From assembly GCF_022846255.1 (NCBI RefSeq), contig NZ_AP025682.1: a stretch of DNA of 64,000 nucleotides; one strand, 5' to 3'. Below, in pieces: positions 9,997 through 21,083 of this stretch. Both the position numbers and the translations under genes were made by a program. The DNA is from Escherichia coli (GTDB lineage: Bacteria; Pseudomonadota; Gammaproteobacteria; Enterobacterales; Enterobacteriaceae). The first letter of the stretch is position 1. Each line of letters begins with the position of its first letter. The notes under the pieces were generated by a model that was not told the DNA's origin, did not search any database, and saw nothing but the letters and a program-made list of their open reading frames with translations.

Positions 9997-10797
9997 AAAT
10001 ATTGATACAGGTAAAGGCAACGAACCAGAAATGCTCGAGACTATTCTGGCTAAGTCTGCCGGGCGATAAGCACGAGTGCATATGCTGTTCCAAAAGTCTT
10101 CTATTCAATAAATTACGAAGTGCTAACTAACTGACCATGTACAATAAGAACAAATCGCCTTGAATTGCTCTTGATTGAATGGTGAAGAATTATGAGGGTG
10201 ATAGTCCTTACCACCCTCAATTAAAATTAAAGGTATTTACGTGAGAAATTTTTCTTAACCACACTACTAATAAAACTATTTAGTCCATGCCCATCCTGGG
10301 CTAGCGCTTTCATCTTAGAGACCGTTGAAGCACCCAGTTTTGTAGAATCGTAACGTATTTCCATCCATCTTTAAACTGTACTGTGATAACATCGGGAGTA
10401 ATCTCATAAAACACTATTCCCGAATTACCGCCTTAATTAGCATAAGTTGGCATTTTTAATTCTTATTAAATTATTGCAGCAAGTCGCTGCACTCTAGTCA
10501 TATGACCCCATGCTAAACCTAATTGTTGAGCTAAGTCATAATTTCGATTATTTGATGAACGTAAGTTATTTGACAGGCAGAATTAACCATACACAGTAAT
10601 ATCCGTTTCTGGCACATAGCAGTCCTATAGATAGTGGCATACAGTCATAGATGGTCGATTGGAGGAGGTGCAAATTCTCCCATACAAAAAATACGTAAAA
10701 TCAATAACAGCTGGAAATTATTTAATAATCAAATTATCGGAAGTTCACCAGCCAGCCGCAGTATTCTGCCACGACAAGTTGCTGCGGCTTTTTATGT

Positions 10798-11109
10798 TTA
10801 ACGGATAAACAGCCAGACCAGCAGACACGCCACCGCGGGCACCGCAAAATCCATCAGACTTGCCACATCCCATGCACGAGGATCAAAACCGCCCCACCAC
10901 GGCATGTTAATCCGCTTGCCATGCCCGAACATTTCAATCCAGCGATATTCTGCCTGGGTGTGTTCACGCGCAATGAAGAACGTACAACCGGCTATCGCCC
11001 CGTAAGCCCAGTTTCCGGTAAAAAGACCAATCAGTAGCTGCGCAGCCACAGCACAAAGTGCATGAAGGAAAGGTGTTATATCCATTACTCCTCCTTTATC
11101 AGATATCAC
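10798..11109 (-). CDS. small hydrophobic membrane protein (prophage moron), probable start at MDITPF (11085)
   Basis: 103-aa ORF with two or three predicted TM helices, immediately distal to tail fibre genes. Confidence 0.5.
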   Translation of the reverse strand: MISDKGGVMDITPFLHALCAVAAQLLIGLFTGNWAYGAIAGCTFFIAREHTQAEYRWIEMFGHGKRINMPWWGGFDPRAWDVASLMDFAVPAVACLLVWLFIR

Positions 11110-11800
11110 TTCGGGAAGTTGATAACAACTTTAATTCTGACTCAAGTTCATCAACTCTTTCAGTCAGTTTCTGGATATGGTGAATCAGTGGAACAACCAG
11201 ACGTTCGTACATTACACCTTCGACAACAAGGCCATTGCTGGAAATAGCTTCAGGAGCATCATCTTCGTTAGCTGGTCGCCAGTGTACAAACTGAGGAGCA
11301 ATTTCTCCCACTTCCTCGGCAATCAATCCGTAGAATCCCCAGTCACTCCTGTCATTTTCGCATTGCGACCTGTACCACACAGGGCGCATCCTGAAAATGA
11401 GATCGGCGTGCTCTGAATCTATTGTCTCTACTGAATGTTTATAGCGAATAGACGATGTTGACCGCAGTACAGACGAAATTGCAGGGTCAGGATTAAGATA
11501 AAGATTTGCCGCCGCTGTAGTCGTGCCCAATTCCCATAAATAAAACGCTTCACGGCCAGTCAGCGGGTAAAAATCTCCACCATAACGACCGCTTTCCAGA
11601 TCGTTCACTTCCAGTTTGTTTTTCAGCTTATTATCAACTTCAGTTTTTGTGTATCTGGTGCTGATATCCTGCTTTGCACTGGTCATATCAGTCTGAAGCG
11701 TTGATACTTTTCCGTTAATTGAGGAAATATCTTCCTTAGTTTTACTGACATCTCCCTTTAGCGTGGTGATATCTCCTGGAATTACTGTCGATGTAGCCAT
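11099..11800 (-). CDS. tail fibre-associated protein with C-terminal intramolecular-chaperone-like (peptidase S74-like) region
   Basis: 233-aa ORF downstream of stf; C-terminus YGLIAEEVGEIAPQFV resembles tail-spike chaperone domains; family call tentative. Confidence 0.45.
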   Translation of the reverse strand: MATSTVIPGDITTLKGDVSKTKEDISSINGKVSTLQTDMTSAKQDISTRYTKTEVDNKLKNKLEVNDLESGRYGGDFYPLTGREAFYLWELGTTTAAANLYLNPDPAISSVLRSTSSIRYKHSVETIDSEHADLIFRMRPVWYRSQCENDRSDWGFYGLIAEEVGEIAPQFVHWRPANEDDAPEAISSNGLVVEGVMYERLVVPLIHHIQKLTERVDELESELKLLSTSRSDI

Positions 11801-11809
11801 TTGTCTCCC

Positions 11810-12091
11810 TCACATCCAGCCACGAAGTTGATGCTCAACAACAACCGCATATTTATCGAATATTGACGATTTTTTTGCATCATTAATGATGCGCACGTTT
11901 ACAAAATATCCGTCTTCCTTAACACATACCGGTTCGCCATCTTCAGTCAGTTCTCCGGTTTCTTTGTACACGTTACCTATCACGTCAATAAGAATATTAT
12001 CCTGCATCGACTCGTCATCATAATAGCCAGTGCTCTCCATAAAGGCCGAAAAGTCGGCCCTGTCTGCAAATTTGAGTGTTAAATCTTTCAT
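11810..12091 (-). CDS. hypothetical protein downstream of side tail fibre
   Basis: 93-aa ORF abutting stf stop; no recognisable motif. Confidence 0.4.
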   Translation of the reverse strand: MKDLTLKFADRADFSAFMESTGYYDDESMQDNILIDVIGNVYKETGELTEDGEPVCVKEDGYFVNVRIINDAKKSSIFDKYAVVVEHQLRGWM

Positions 12092-14472
12092 TAGATTGAC
12101 TCCCCCACCTGAGCATCAGTCAATGCCTTGTGCCATATTCTGAAATTCCTGACATGACCAAATAAATGACGTAACCCGGCAGTAGTCTGGCCTCCAATAC
12201 GGATAATTGCGGTGTTCTGAATACAGGACCATGTGGTTTTTGTTTCGCTGGATATACGCCCGTTACTTACTGAGCACGTAGACTGATCTGACTTTACACG
12301 CATCCCCATAACCATTTTTTCAAGCGATGCGTTTTCGTTTACCCGTCTGTTAGCTCCTCCAATATCGCAATAAGGAAATCCGTCGTAATCTGTTGAACGA
12401 CCGAAGCCAAGAATAATAGCCGCTCCGGTTTGATGACCGCCGGTGTCAAAAACACGCGGAGCTGCATTTGGCGTTTTATACCAGTTCTTATGTACCTCAC
12501 AAAGAACCGTAAAAGGAAGATTATAAAGATTATTCTTAATGGGAACTGTAACTATATCGCTTGCGCGGGTCGCCGCCGTCGTTCCTGATATAATAAAAGA
12601 TGATACACAAGGCCCATTTTCTACTTGTGGGGTGGCCAGATAAATATAGTCACCAGATACGGTTGCCCCGCCCTGCTTAGGAGAATACTGTATCTGAGAA
12701 CCTATTTTTAACTCCCCATCAATTGCCTGAATTGTTGCCTCTGCAAAAATCCATCCGGTAGCTTCGTCCTTTCTGACTCTCGCAGTAATCCTTGAGGCAG
12801 CACCGCCTGTCATATTAATTTCAAGCGTTTGTGTATCAATATACGCATCACCAAGAAAAGTTGTTGCGCTACCGTCATATTTATCAAACCGGATACGCAA
12901 CCTTACCTGCAGTTCTGTTTTAAAACGACATGAGGTTGTCACGTGTTTATTATCGCCTGAGACATCAACTGACTTTGTTGCAGCAATTGATGCCATATTA
13001 ATGGCTGAGGTTTGCCCAATCAGAGAATCGTTGCAGACAAACTTTCCATAGGTAAAACCAAAACTATCCGTCCCTGTTTCGGGCACATCCATATTTGACG
13101 ATCGCCCCCAACTGGCAGGGTTTTCCGAATTGAGCATGTAGTTTGTTCTTTGCCCCTCAATAAGCAGGCCATCACGTTCAAACCGTGGCTCGTCAATGGC
13201 AGCCTCTGTCAGCACACCAGATTTATTAATGTAAGTTGCTTTTGATGCGCGTTTAAACTTTACAACCTTATCGCCAGGCATCGTTATTTCATCATCACCA
13301 ATAACAATCTTTTTATATGACGGCGAAAAGCCCGTAATCATATCCAGTGAATCGTTAAACGGTATCCACACATCGGGAAGCGGCTGCAATACTTGTTTAT
13401 ACGGCTCCGCAGCCTGGCTTGCATACTCTCTGGCTGCGTCTTCACTTGCTTTTGCAGCCGTCTGGCTTGCAGCGGATGCTTTCGCCGAGTTAGCCGCCGC
13501 AGTCTCGCTCGCCTTTGCGTTGGTTTCACTGGTTTTTGCAGCTTTTTGACTGTTGGCTGATGCAGTGGCAGAAGCAGCCGCCGCGCTTGCAGAGCCAGCT
13601 GCAGCACTCTCGCTTTCGGCTGCTGCATCCTGACTGCTTTTCGCCGCAGTTTCACTGGCTTTGGCATTCGTTTCGCTGGTTTTCGCTGCCGTCTGGCTGG
13701 ACTTTGCGTTGGTTTCGCTGGTTTTTGCAGCTTTTTGACTGTTGGCTGATGCAGTGGCAGAAGAAGCCGCCGCACTTGCAGAACCAGCTGCAGCACTCTC
13801 GCTTTCGGCTGCTGCATCCTGACTGCTTTTCGCCGCAGTTTCACTGGCTTTGGCATTCGTTTCGCTGGTTTTCGCTGCCGTCTGGCTGGACTTTGCGTTG
13901 GTTTCGCTCGTCTTTGCGGCTGTCTCGCTGTTTTTCGCATTGGTTTCTGATTTTTTGGCTGCTGTCGCGGAGTTTGCCGATGCAGTCTGTGAGGTCGCTG
14001 CCGCCTGTGCGCTGTTAGCTGCATTCGTTTCTGAGGTTTTCGCCGCGTTCTTCGATGATGCCGCTGCAGTTTCGGATTTCTTTGCCGCCGCTGCGCTCTG
14101 AGAGGCGGCTTCGGCGTTGCGTGCCGCTTCTTCCACCATTTCCTGAAAACGGCGCAATGCCTCCGGCATGACATCATCTTCCGTCATGGCACCGAGAAAA
14201 TCATTCAGCGTCCCCGGACTGGAACCTTCATAGACGGTAATGGTCCCAACATGTGATGGCTGAGAACCCTCAATCCACAGGATGACGCTGTACTGACCAT
14301 ACTCAACGTCCATACTGTAACGCCCGGCTTCATCAGGATTTTCAGAGGTCACCGTGTTCACCAATACCGTGGTGCTGTTACGCTTTGCCTTCAGTTGAAT
14401 AGTGCAGTTCTGTATTGGTTTTCCCGCACCATCTTTCAGCACACCTGAGATTTTTACTGCTGCCATATCCAC
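12091..14472 (-). CDS. stf: side tail fibre protein Stf (lambda Stf-like N-terminus, Ala/Ser/Thr repeat shaft, divergent lectin-like C-terminus)
   Basis: 793-aa ORF; N-terminus AVKISGVLKDGAGKPIQNCTIQLKAKRNSTT matches recalled lambda Stf; internal tandem repeats. Confidence 0.85.
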   Translation of the reverse strand: MDMAAVKISGVLKDGAGKPIQNCTIQLKAKRNSTTVLVNTVTSENPDEAGRYSMDVEYGQYSVILWIEGSQPSHVGTITVYEGSSPGTLNDFLGAMTEDDVMPEALRRFQEMVEEAARNAEAASQSAAAAKKSETAAASSKNAAKTSETNAANSAQAAATSQTASANSATAAKKSETNAKNSETAAKTSETNAKSSQTAAKTSETNAKASETAAKSSQDAAAESESAAAGSASAAASSATASANSQKAAKTSETNAKSSQTAAKTSETNAKASETAAKSSQDAAAESESAAAGSASAAAASATASANSQKAAKTSETNAKASETAAANSAKASAASQTAAKASEDAAREYASQAAEPYKQVLQPLPDVWIPFNDSLDMITGFSPSYKKIVIGDDEITMPGDKVVKFKRASKATYINKSGVLTEAAIDEPRFERDGLLIEGQRTNYMLNSENPASWGRSSNMDVPETGTDSFGFTYGKFVCNDSLIGQTSAINMASIAATKSVDVSGDNKHVTTSCRFKTELQVRLRIRFDKYDGSATTFLGDAYIDTQTLEINMTGGAASRITARVRKDEATGWIFAEATIQAIDGELKIGSQIQYSPKQGGATVSGDYIYLATPQVENGPCVSSFIISGTTAATRASDIVTVPIKNNLYNLPFTVLCEVHKNWYKTPNAAPRVFDTGGHQTGAAIILGFGRSTDYDGFPYCDIGGANRRVNENASLEKMVMGMRVKSDQSTCSVSNGRISSETKTTWSCIQNTAIIRIGGQTTAGLRHLFGHVRNFRIWHKALTDAQVGESI
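13517..13894. repeat. tandem duplication (2 x 189 bp) inside stf
   Basis: GCGTTGGTTTC(A/G)CTGGTTTTTGCAGCTTTTTGACTGTTGGCTGA recurs at 13517 and 13706; encodes duplicated 63-aa segment. Confidence 0.8.
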
Positions 14473-14530
14473 TCCACAAAAAAGCCCGCCTGAACCGGCG
14501 GGCTGTCATAACACTGTGTTACCTGGCTAA

Positions 14531-15130
14531 TCAGAACTTATAACCGACACCCACGATGAAACCGTCAGTGCGCCAGTCGCCACTGCCGGAGCCTTCATAA
14601 GCAATATCAATGGCCACGGATTCGGTCGGGTTAAACTGCACGCCAGCTCCCCACGCCAGAGACGTGTTGCTGTGGCGATCGTCATCACTTCCGGTCAGCA
14701 CATCGTGCGTTTTCCCCTTGTTGTCAGTTACGCGGAGATAATCCCCGGAGAACGTCGAAACACGGCTGTAAGCCACACCTGCCATCGCATAAGCACTGAA
14801 CCATTCATTCACGCGTACAGATGGCCCCGCCATCATGCTGAACCAGCGGTTACGCACTGAATCTTCATGCCAGCGGGTATCGCTGTAATGCGTTTTTTGC
14901 TCATCTTTGGCATTGGCATAACTGAATGACGTCACCAGCCCCAGCGTGTCCGTAAACTCATAACGGTATTTCACGTTAATCCCGTTCAGATCATCGCTGC
15001 CTGGCATATCAGTATGGGTCTGAAGATACCCGGCGCTTAGTGTGGACTGATGCTCTGCTGCGCTTGCTGGCGTACCAGCGGCAACCAGCCAGACTACTGC
15101 GGACAGAATAACAGCACATAATTTACGCAT
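14531..15130 (-). CDS. lom: outer membrane protein Lom (Ail/Lom family)
   Basis: 199-aa ORF with signal peptide; near-identical to recalled lambda Lom. Confidence 0.9.
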   Translation of the reverse strand: MRKLCAVILSAVVWLVAAGTPASAAEHQSTLSAGYLQTHTDMPGSDDLNGINVKYRYEFTDTLGLVTSFSYANAKDEQKTHYSDTRWHEDSVRNRWFSMMAGPSVRVNEWFSAYAMAGVAYSRVSTFSGDYLRVTDNKGKTHDVLTGSDDDRHSNTSLAWGAGVQFNPTESVAIDIAYEGSGSGDWRTDGFIVGVGYKF

Positions 15131-15197
15131 AATTACCTCTCGCTTTTCTGCAATAAAAAAGGCGTCATTTCTGACGCCCGTATTGGGGTTATAAAAT

Positions 15198-18100
15198 TCA
15201 GCTGATACTGATGCCTGCGGTGGCTTTCTTCATCACCACAACCAGCAAATCGCTGATACTTGCTGTGGGATACCAGTCATTTACCAGCCATGCTGACACC
15301 GAAAACTCCAGCGTCATGTGACCGTGACCGGCAGGCATATCAATAACGCCACTGTAAATCAGCGTATTATCCAACGCGGTACGGTTATAAATTTCAGCAC
15401 CGTTTTTCCGCACTATCAGACGGCATGAGGAGTAAATATCAGTATGCTCTCTCTCATGTTTAGCGCCGCTGAATGCCACCGCCGGAATAACAATCTGCCG
15501 GTCAAACGGCTGATCGTCATAAATCCTGACGGTAATGGTCCCTGATGGCCACCGTTCCGGTGCACGGGAGTCCCGGGGGAAAGCTTTGCCCACTGTTTTA
15601 ACGAGATCGCCTTCAATCTGGTTCGCGGACAGTTTTCCCAGAACCCGGCAGTTCTCGTTAATCGTGACGTTGTTGAGCGTCCCGGAGTTCGCATTCACGT
15701 TACCGCTGATATCGGCATTTTTCGCCGTCAGCCGCCCGTCCGGTGTCAGGGAAAATGCCGGAGGATTACCGCCGCTGGTAATGGTGGGAGCCGTCAGATA
15801 TTTCAGGAACACTTCGTTCATGAATATCTGATCGCCCTGACCAACAAACATCGGCTTTGTGTTGCCATTTGCAGGATTAACCATCGCAATCCTGTCCGCC
15901 GCCAGCAGCACCTGACTCTGCATGCCGTCAGGGGTGTTCTCAATACCGGCACCAATACCCGCGATATAAAGGCGTCCGTCCCGCATCTGCTGCAGCTTCA
16001 CAGCCCACATGCTGTTCAGGTTATTATTTGTATCAACCTGAACCTTCTGTATCTGCTGAATTGCCGCACTCTGGTCTTCCAGTTTCTTATTGACGGTCTG
16101 CGTGATTTCATTGCTGACACCCGTAATGGACGTCCTGATTTCAGCCAGGTCAGGCGCAAGCTGACCGTTATCAATCTGCGTCCACAACTCCTGAGCCAGA
16201 TGGGTTTTCCCTATCTCTCCTTTGAAAAAATTCAGATAGCCGGATGCATCATCACTCGGCTGGCCAACAGCCTCCACAAATGCCGATTTGCCAACGGTGT
16301 TCACACTGCGGATGTAAAAATAATAATCATGGCCCGGTTTGATATTGATACTGGCGGCTATCCAGTACAGCGCCGTGCCAAGATAGCGTGCTGTGGTTTC
16401 AACCTGCCTGATATCCGCAATCCGCTTTTCCGAGAACCAGAACTCAAACTGTACCGTCGGATCATAAACCGCAAGATGCGGCGTGGCGGTTATCTGAAAA
16501 TACCCCGGTGTCAGCTCAATCTGCGACGGCGCTGCCGGTGCGGCAATCCGGAACGATACCGATGCCGGATCGCCCTGCTGCCCCCACGCATTTACCGCCC
16601 GGACTGTCAGCCTGTAGTTCCCCAGCGCCAGTTGCCTGAAGCGGTATGTGGTTTCCGTCGTCCGGGCCATGCTGACCAGCCGCTCACTGCCGTCGTCCGC
16701 TGCCACGGTAAGGCGAAGCAGGAAGCTCACGCCCTTCACCACCTTCGGCGTGTCCCATCGCGCCAGCACCTGATATTCCCCGCTGTCTGCGGTGACTTCG
16801 GCGGTCAGGTGCTGCACCGCTGGCGGCGTGACACCATTCACCGTGCCGCTCTGGTCGCCGTCAAAGTGCGCCCCGTTATCCACGATGGCTTCTTTTTCCG
16901 GTACATGCTGCACGGCGGTGATGGCATACGTACCGTCATCGTTCTCCCGGATACTCACACAGCGGAACAGGCGCTGGCGCAGCGTCGGCAGCTTCAGCCC
17001 CCATACGCTGTATTCAGCAACACCGTCAGGAACACGGCTCACTTTCACCTTCACGCCGTCGGTGACGGACTGAACCTCCACGCTGACCGGACTCCCCTGC
17101 CCGTCAACCAGGCTTATCAGCGTGGTGCCGGAGGATGGCAGCGTGATTTCACGGTCGAGCGTCAGCGTCCGGGTCTGGCTGTTTACCGCCAGCACGCGCC
17201 CGCCGGTGCTGATACCGGCATAGTCATCATCACAGATTTCAATGACATCGCCCGGCACATGGCGAAGCCCTTCTGCGCCCACGCTGAAGTCCACGGTCTG
17301 CGTTTCCAGCAGTTCTGTTTTAATCAGCCACAGCCCGGCGCGGTGTGCCTGCCCCCGGCTGGTACAGCCAAAAGCATCCATCTTCGTGACGTTACGACCG
17401 TAACGGGCAATGGCCTGCGTGTCCTCCACAAGCTCTGTCGCCGTCTCCCAGCCGTTGTTCGGGTCAATCCAGTTCACCTCAACGGCATTATGGCGGTCTT
17501 TCAGGGCGCTGAAGCTGTAGCGGAACGGCGCGCCATCATCCGGCATCACCACATTACTGCGGTTATAGGTCCACACCTTATCCGACGGTCGGTCCTGCAC
17601 GAACGTCAGCGTCTGCCCGTTCCATACCGGCATACAGCGCATCGCCGAGCAGAAATCACTGAGCACATCCCACGCCTTGCGCTGTGTGGTCAGGTACGCA
17701 TTACAGGTGATGCGCGGCTCCGTGCCGCCAAAACCGTCCGGCACTGACTGGTCGCAATACTGGCCGATGACATACAGCGCCCATTTATCCACATCTGCCG
17801 CACCAAGACGTTTCCCCATGCCGTAGCGCGGGTGGGTCAGCATATCCCACAGACACCAGGCCATGTTGTTGCTGTATGCTGGCTTAAACGTTCCGTCCCA
17901 GATACCGCTGTATTGCCGCGTCTGCGGGTTATAGTTCGACGGCACCTGCAGAATACGCCCGCGCAGATGATAATTACGGCTCACCTGCTGGCTGCCGAAC
18001 TGCTCCGAATCCACCTGCACGCCGACCAGTGCCGTGTTCGGGTAGCACTGTTTCACATCGATGATTTCGGTGTATGACGACCAGAGCGTTTTGTTCTGCA

Positions 18101-18677
18101 GCTGGTCTGTGGTGCTGTCCGGCGTCATCCTGCGCATCCGGATATTAAACGGGCGCGGCGGCAGGTTATCCACCACCACCGAGGCCAGATACTGCGAGGT
18201 GGTTTTGCCCTTAATGGTGATGTCTTTTTCCGTCACCCAGCCACCGTTACGTTGTATCTGAACCAGCAGGCGGACTTCCGATGGATTCCTGTCCCCCTTT
18301 GAGGTGGTTTCCACCAGTGCCTGCACACCGAAGGTAAAGCGCAGACGGTCGATGTTTGCCGACGTGATGGTGCGGGTGATCGGCGTGTCGTATTTCACTT
18401 CCGTACCCAGCACCGTCTCGGAACCGGAGGATTCAAATCCCTCCGGCGGTGTCTGCTCCTGCTCACCTGCCCGGAACACCACCGTGACACCGGAGATGTT
18501 GGTATTCCCCTCACTGTCCAGCACCGGCGTACTGTTCAGCAGCACGCTTTTTAATCCATCCACCGGACCTTCAACCGGCCCTTCACTGATGGCATCAATC
18601 ACACTCAGCAACTGCGTGGATTTCAGGTTGTCCTTCGCTTCGCGCGGGGTATGCCCCTTACTGCTGCCTTTACCCAT
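15198..18677 (-). CDS. J: tail tip host-specificity protein J
   Basis: 1159-aa ORF, N-terminal ~1000 aa near-identical to recalled lambda J; C-terminal ~150 aa divergent. Confidence 0.93.
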   Translation of the reverse strand: MGKGSSKGHTPREAKDNLKSTQLLSVIDAISEGPVEGPVDGLKSVLLNSTPVLDSEGNTNISGVTVVFRAGEQEQTPPEGFESSGSETVLGTEVKYDTPITRTITSANIDRLRFTFGVQALVETTSKGDRNPSEVRLLVQIQRNGGWVTEKDITIKGKTTSQYLASVVVDNLPPRPFNIRMRRMTPDSTTDQLQNKTLWSSYTEIIDVKQCYPNTALVGVQVDSEQFGSQQVSRNYHLRGRILQVPSNYNPQTRQYSGIWDGTFKPAYSNNMAWCLWDMLTHPRYGMGKRLGAADVDKWALYVIGQYCDQSVPDGFGGTEPRITCNAYLTTQRKAWDVLSDFCSAMRCMPVWNGQTLTFVQDRPSDKVWTYNRSNVVMPDDGAPFRYSFSALKDRHNAVEVNWIDPNNGWETATELVEDTQAIARYGRNVTKMDAFGCTSRGQAHRAGLWLIKTELLETQTVDFSVGAEGLRHVPGDVIEICDDDYAGISTGGRVLAVNSQTRTLTLDREITLPSSGTTLISLVDGQGSPVSVEVQSVTDGVKVKVSRVPDGVAEYSVWGLKLPTLRQRLFRCVSIRENDDGTYAITAVQHVPEKEAIVDNGAHFDGDQSGTVNGVTPPAVQHLTAEVTADSGEYQVLARWDTPKVVKGVSFLLRLTVAADDGSERLVSMARTTETTYRFRQLALGNYRLTVRAVNAWGQQGDPASVSFRIAAPAAPSQIELTPGYFQITATPHLAVYDPTVQFEFWFSEKRIADIRQVETTARYLGTALYWIAASINIKPGHDYYFYIRSVNTVGKSAFVEAVGQPSDDASGYLNFFKGEIGKTHLAQELWTQIDNGQLAPDLAEIRTSITGVSNEITQTVNKKLEDQSAAIQQIQKVQVDTNNNLNSMWAVKLQQMRDGRLYIAGIGAGIENTPDGMQSQVLLAADRIAMVNPANGNTKPMFVGQGDQIFMNEVFLKYLTAPTITSGGNPPAFSLTPDGRLTAKNADISGNVNANSGTLNNVTINENCRVLGKLSANQIEGDLVKTVGKAFPRDSRAPERWPSGTITVRIYDDQPFDRQIVIPAVAFSGAKHEREHTDIYSSCRLIVRKNGAEIYNRTALDNTLIYSGVIDMPAGHGHMTLEFSVSAWLVNDWYPTASISDLLVVVMKKATAGISIS

Positions 18678-18737
18678 TCGTCATGCTCCATAAACGACAA
18701 AACCGCCCGGAGGCGGTTTCACATAAAACATTTTGCA

Positions 18738-19409
18738 TCAGCGACCAATCACCACAACCTGACCACCGTCCCCTTCGTCTGCCGTGCTGATCTCCTGAGA
18801 AACCACGCGTGACCCCACGCGCATTTCCCCGTACAGAACAGGCAGAACATTGCCCTGGGCAACCATGTTATCCAGTGACGAGAAATACGTGTTCTGTTTG
18901 CCGTTATCTGTACTGGCTGCCGTGGGCGTCCTGGCTTTCGGTGCCAGCATCTGCGCCACACCACCAAGTACCATACTGGCACCGAGAGAAAACAGGATAC
19001 CGGTCATACCACCGGCCCCAATGGCTGCCCCCCATGCTGCAAGGGTGGCTCCGGCAGTAAAGAATGATCCGGCAATGGCGGCAGCCCCCAGAACAATCTG
19101 GAATACGCCCCCTGACTTGGCCCCGGCGACTCTGGGAACAATATGAATCACAGCGCCGTCAGGCAGAACCTCATGTAACTGCGCCGTCAATCCGGACGTG
19201 CTGACGTCCCGCCCGGAAATCCGTACCTGATACCAGCCGTCGCTCAGTTTCTGACGAAACGCCGGGAGCTGTGTGGCCAGCGCCCGAATGGCTTCAGCCC
19301 CCGTTTTCACACGAAGGTCGATGCGGCGGCCAAATCGTTGTAAATCCCCGTAAAGGCAGATGCGCGCCATGCCCGGTGACGCCAGAGGGAGTGTGTGCGT
19401 CGCTGCCAT
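18738..19409 (-). CDS. I: tail assembly protein I
   Basis: 223-aa ORF near-identical to recalled lambda I. Confidence 0.9.
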   Translation of the reverse strand: MAATHTLPLASPGMARICLYGDLQRFGRRIDLRVKTGAEAIRALATQLPAFRQKLSDGWYQVRISGRDVSTSGLTAQLHEVLPDGAVIHIVPRVAGAKSGGVFQIVLGAAAIAGSFFTAGATLAAWGAAIGAGGMTGILFSLGASMVLGGVAQMLAPKARTPTAASTDNGKQNTYFSSLDNMVAQGNVLPVLYGEMRVGSRVVSQEISTADEGDGGQVVVIGR

Positions 19410-20050
19410 TTGTCGGTATACCTCTCTCGTTTGCTCAGTTGTTCAGGAATATGGTGCAGCAGCTCGCCGTCGCCGCAGTAAATAGCGGCATGATTCGGCA
19501 CCGATGAACCAAAACAGCACAGCAGCACATCGCCCGGCTGCGCCGCTGACAACGGCACCTGATACAGCCCCGTTGCCTCCAGATTATCCAGATAGAGATT
19601 CTGACCGTGACGCCACCAGTCATCCTCACGATGAAAATCCGGCATCTCAATCCCCGCCAGATGATAAGCATCCCGGAACAGCGTGTAACAGTCCGTCACC
19701 CCGTGCTCAAAGCGCCGCCCGGTGAGATGCGGCACACAGCGGAACTTATGAATCGCCCCCCGGCAGACCAGCAACCACGGCAAATCACTCTGCACCTGCA
19801 GCCGCCGGTCGGCCTCACTCAGCCAGGGCAGACCACCGGGGTGGCTGTGGACCAGCGCCACAATCTCACCCTGCATTTCTGCCTGCAGCCAGTCTTCCGG
19901 CGACATACGGAAATACGCCTCCGGCTCACCGGAGATATTCACGCAGGGGAAATATCTTTCCCCCTCCGGCGTGCTTACCACGAAGCCGCACGACTCCGCT
20001 GGCGCACATCGCCGGGCGTGCGCCAGAATCGCTGATTCTGCCTGTGTCAT
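19307..20050 (-). CDS. K: tail assembly protein K
   Basis: 247-aa ORF matching recalled lambda K; overlaps I start. Confidence 0.88.
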   Translation of the reverse strand: MTQAESAILAHARRCAPAESCGFVVSTPEGERYFPCVNISGEPEAYFRMSPEDWLQAEMQGEIVALVHSHPGGLPWLSEADRRLQVQSDLPWLLVCRGAIHKFRCVPHLTGRRFEHGVTDCYTLFRDAYHLAGIEMPDFHREDDWWRHGQNLYLDNLEATGLYQVPLSAAQPGDVLLCCFGSSVPNHAAIYCGDGELLHHIPEQLSKRERYTDKWQRRTHSLWRHRAWRASAFTGIYNDLAAASTFV

Positions 20051-20055
20051 GGGAT

Positions 20056-20754
20056 TTACTGCGAAAGTTTGTTAATGGAAAGGAAGCCGCCAAAGTTGCC
20101 GACGTTATTGCGGAACTTACAACCGCTCAGGCATTTGCTGCATTTATCCTTCGTGATATCGGACGTTGGCTGGTCATATTCATCCGCGACCGCCGGACCG
20201 TGATAACCGCACTCATCGCCGCGATAGGTCCAGGTGCAGGTGTTGGCCAGCATGATGCGCCCCGGAAAAACGGCACCATCCGTTTCCGTCGGTGTGGACA
20301 GTACAAAGGAGGCACTGACCGCACTCAGTTCGCTGCACTGCTCGATGCGCCAGCGGCTGATCACCTCCTGCTCCGGATCGGCGTCGCTGTTTCCGTTGAC
20401 GAAGTTCACCGCATCCAGAAAACGGGCGTAAACCTTACGCCTGACCACCGTTCCGCCGACCAGACTCTGCAGATCTTCCACCATCCCGGTGACCATACCG
20501 TACAGGTTAGAAACCGTCAGCGTGGGGCGCGTACTGGTGCCTTTGCCATTCAGTTCAAAACTACTCCCCTGAATGGGATACGGCTGATACTGTCGCCCCT
20601 GCCAGGTGACCGGCTCACCTTTTTCGTTCTGCTCATTACAGAAAAAATAACGTTCTCCACCGACCTCTGTCAGATCGATTTCCCAGAGCACCACGCTGGC
20701 CGACTGCTCCGCACGGGTGCATTCATTCAATGTTTCCTGCCGGATATCCTGCAT
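20056..20754 (-). CDS. L: minor tail protein L
   Basis: 232-aa ORF, lambda order and size. Confidence 0.88.
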   Translation of the reverse strand: MQDIRQETLNECTRAEQSASVVLWEIDLTEVGGERYFFCNEQNEKGEPVTWQGRQYQPYPIQGSSFELNGKGTSTRPTLTVSNLYGMVTGMVEDLQSLVGGTVVRRKVYARFLDAVNFVNGNSDADPEQEVISRWRIEQCSELSAVSASFVLSTPTETDGAVFPGRIMLANTCTWTYRGDECGYHGPAVADEYDQPTSDITKDKCSKCLSGCKFRNNVGNFGGFLSINKLSQ

Positions 20755-21083
20755 CAGTTCACCACCTGTTCAAACTCTGCGCTGAACTCAACACGCAGCA
20801 TACTGACCCGCGACGACCATTTTGCGCAGGTCACCTTTATCTGCCGCCACTCATAAGGCGGCGTCCACAGAAAGGATTTCCAGCCCCCGTGCTCAGCCAG
20901 AAACGACTCCAGCGCCGTGGGCTCCCAACGGGGGACAGAAAGCGTCACGCTGTACGTTTTCAGGTTGGCATTCAGCCCGGCAGGCGCTCGCTGGGAATAG
21001 CCATCACCAAAGCGCACCTTTCTTACAGAAGGGGCCGAAGCCACATCCATACCGGGTTTCACTTTCCAGCGGAAGGTTTTCAT
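20754..21083 (-). CDS. M: minor tail protein M
   Basis: 109-aa ORF, lambda order and size. Confidence 0.88.
   Translation of the reverse strand: MKTFRWKVKPGMDVASAPSVRKVRFGDGYSQRAPAGLNANLKTYSVTLSVPRWEPTALESFLAEHGGWKSFLWTPPYEWRQIKVTCAKWSSRVSMLRVEFSAEFEQVVN

Noticed and set aside
13338..14177. 279-aa Arg/Lys/Pro/Gln-rich ORF and the two + strand ORFs 13515..14018 and 13850..14101
   Set aside because: Lie inside or antisense to stf within the 189-bp tandem repeats; low-complexity translations generated by the repeat, not separate genes.
16200..17747. 515-aa + strand ORF
   Set aside because: Antisense to J, which is near-identical to lambda J; long open frame is a composition artefact.
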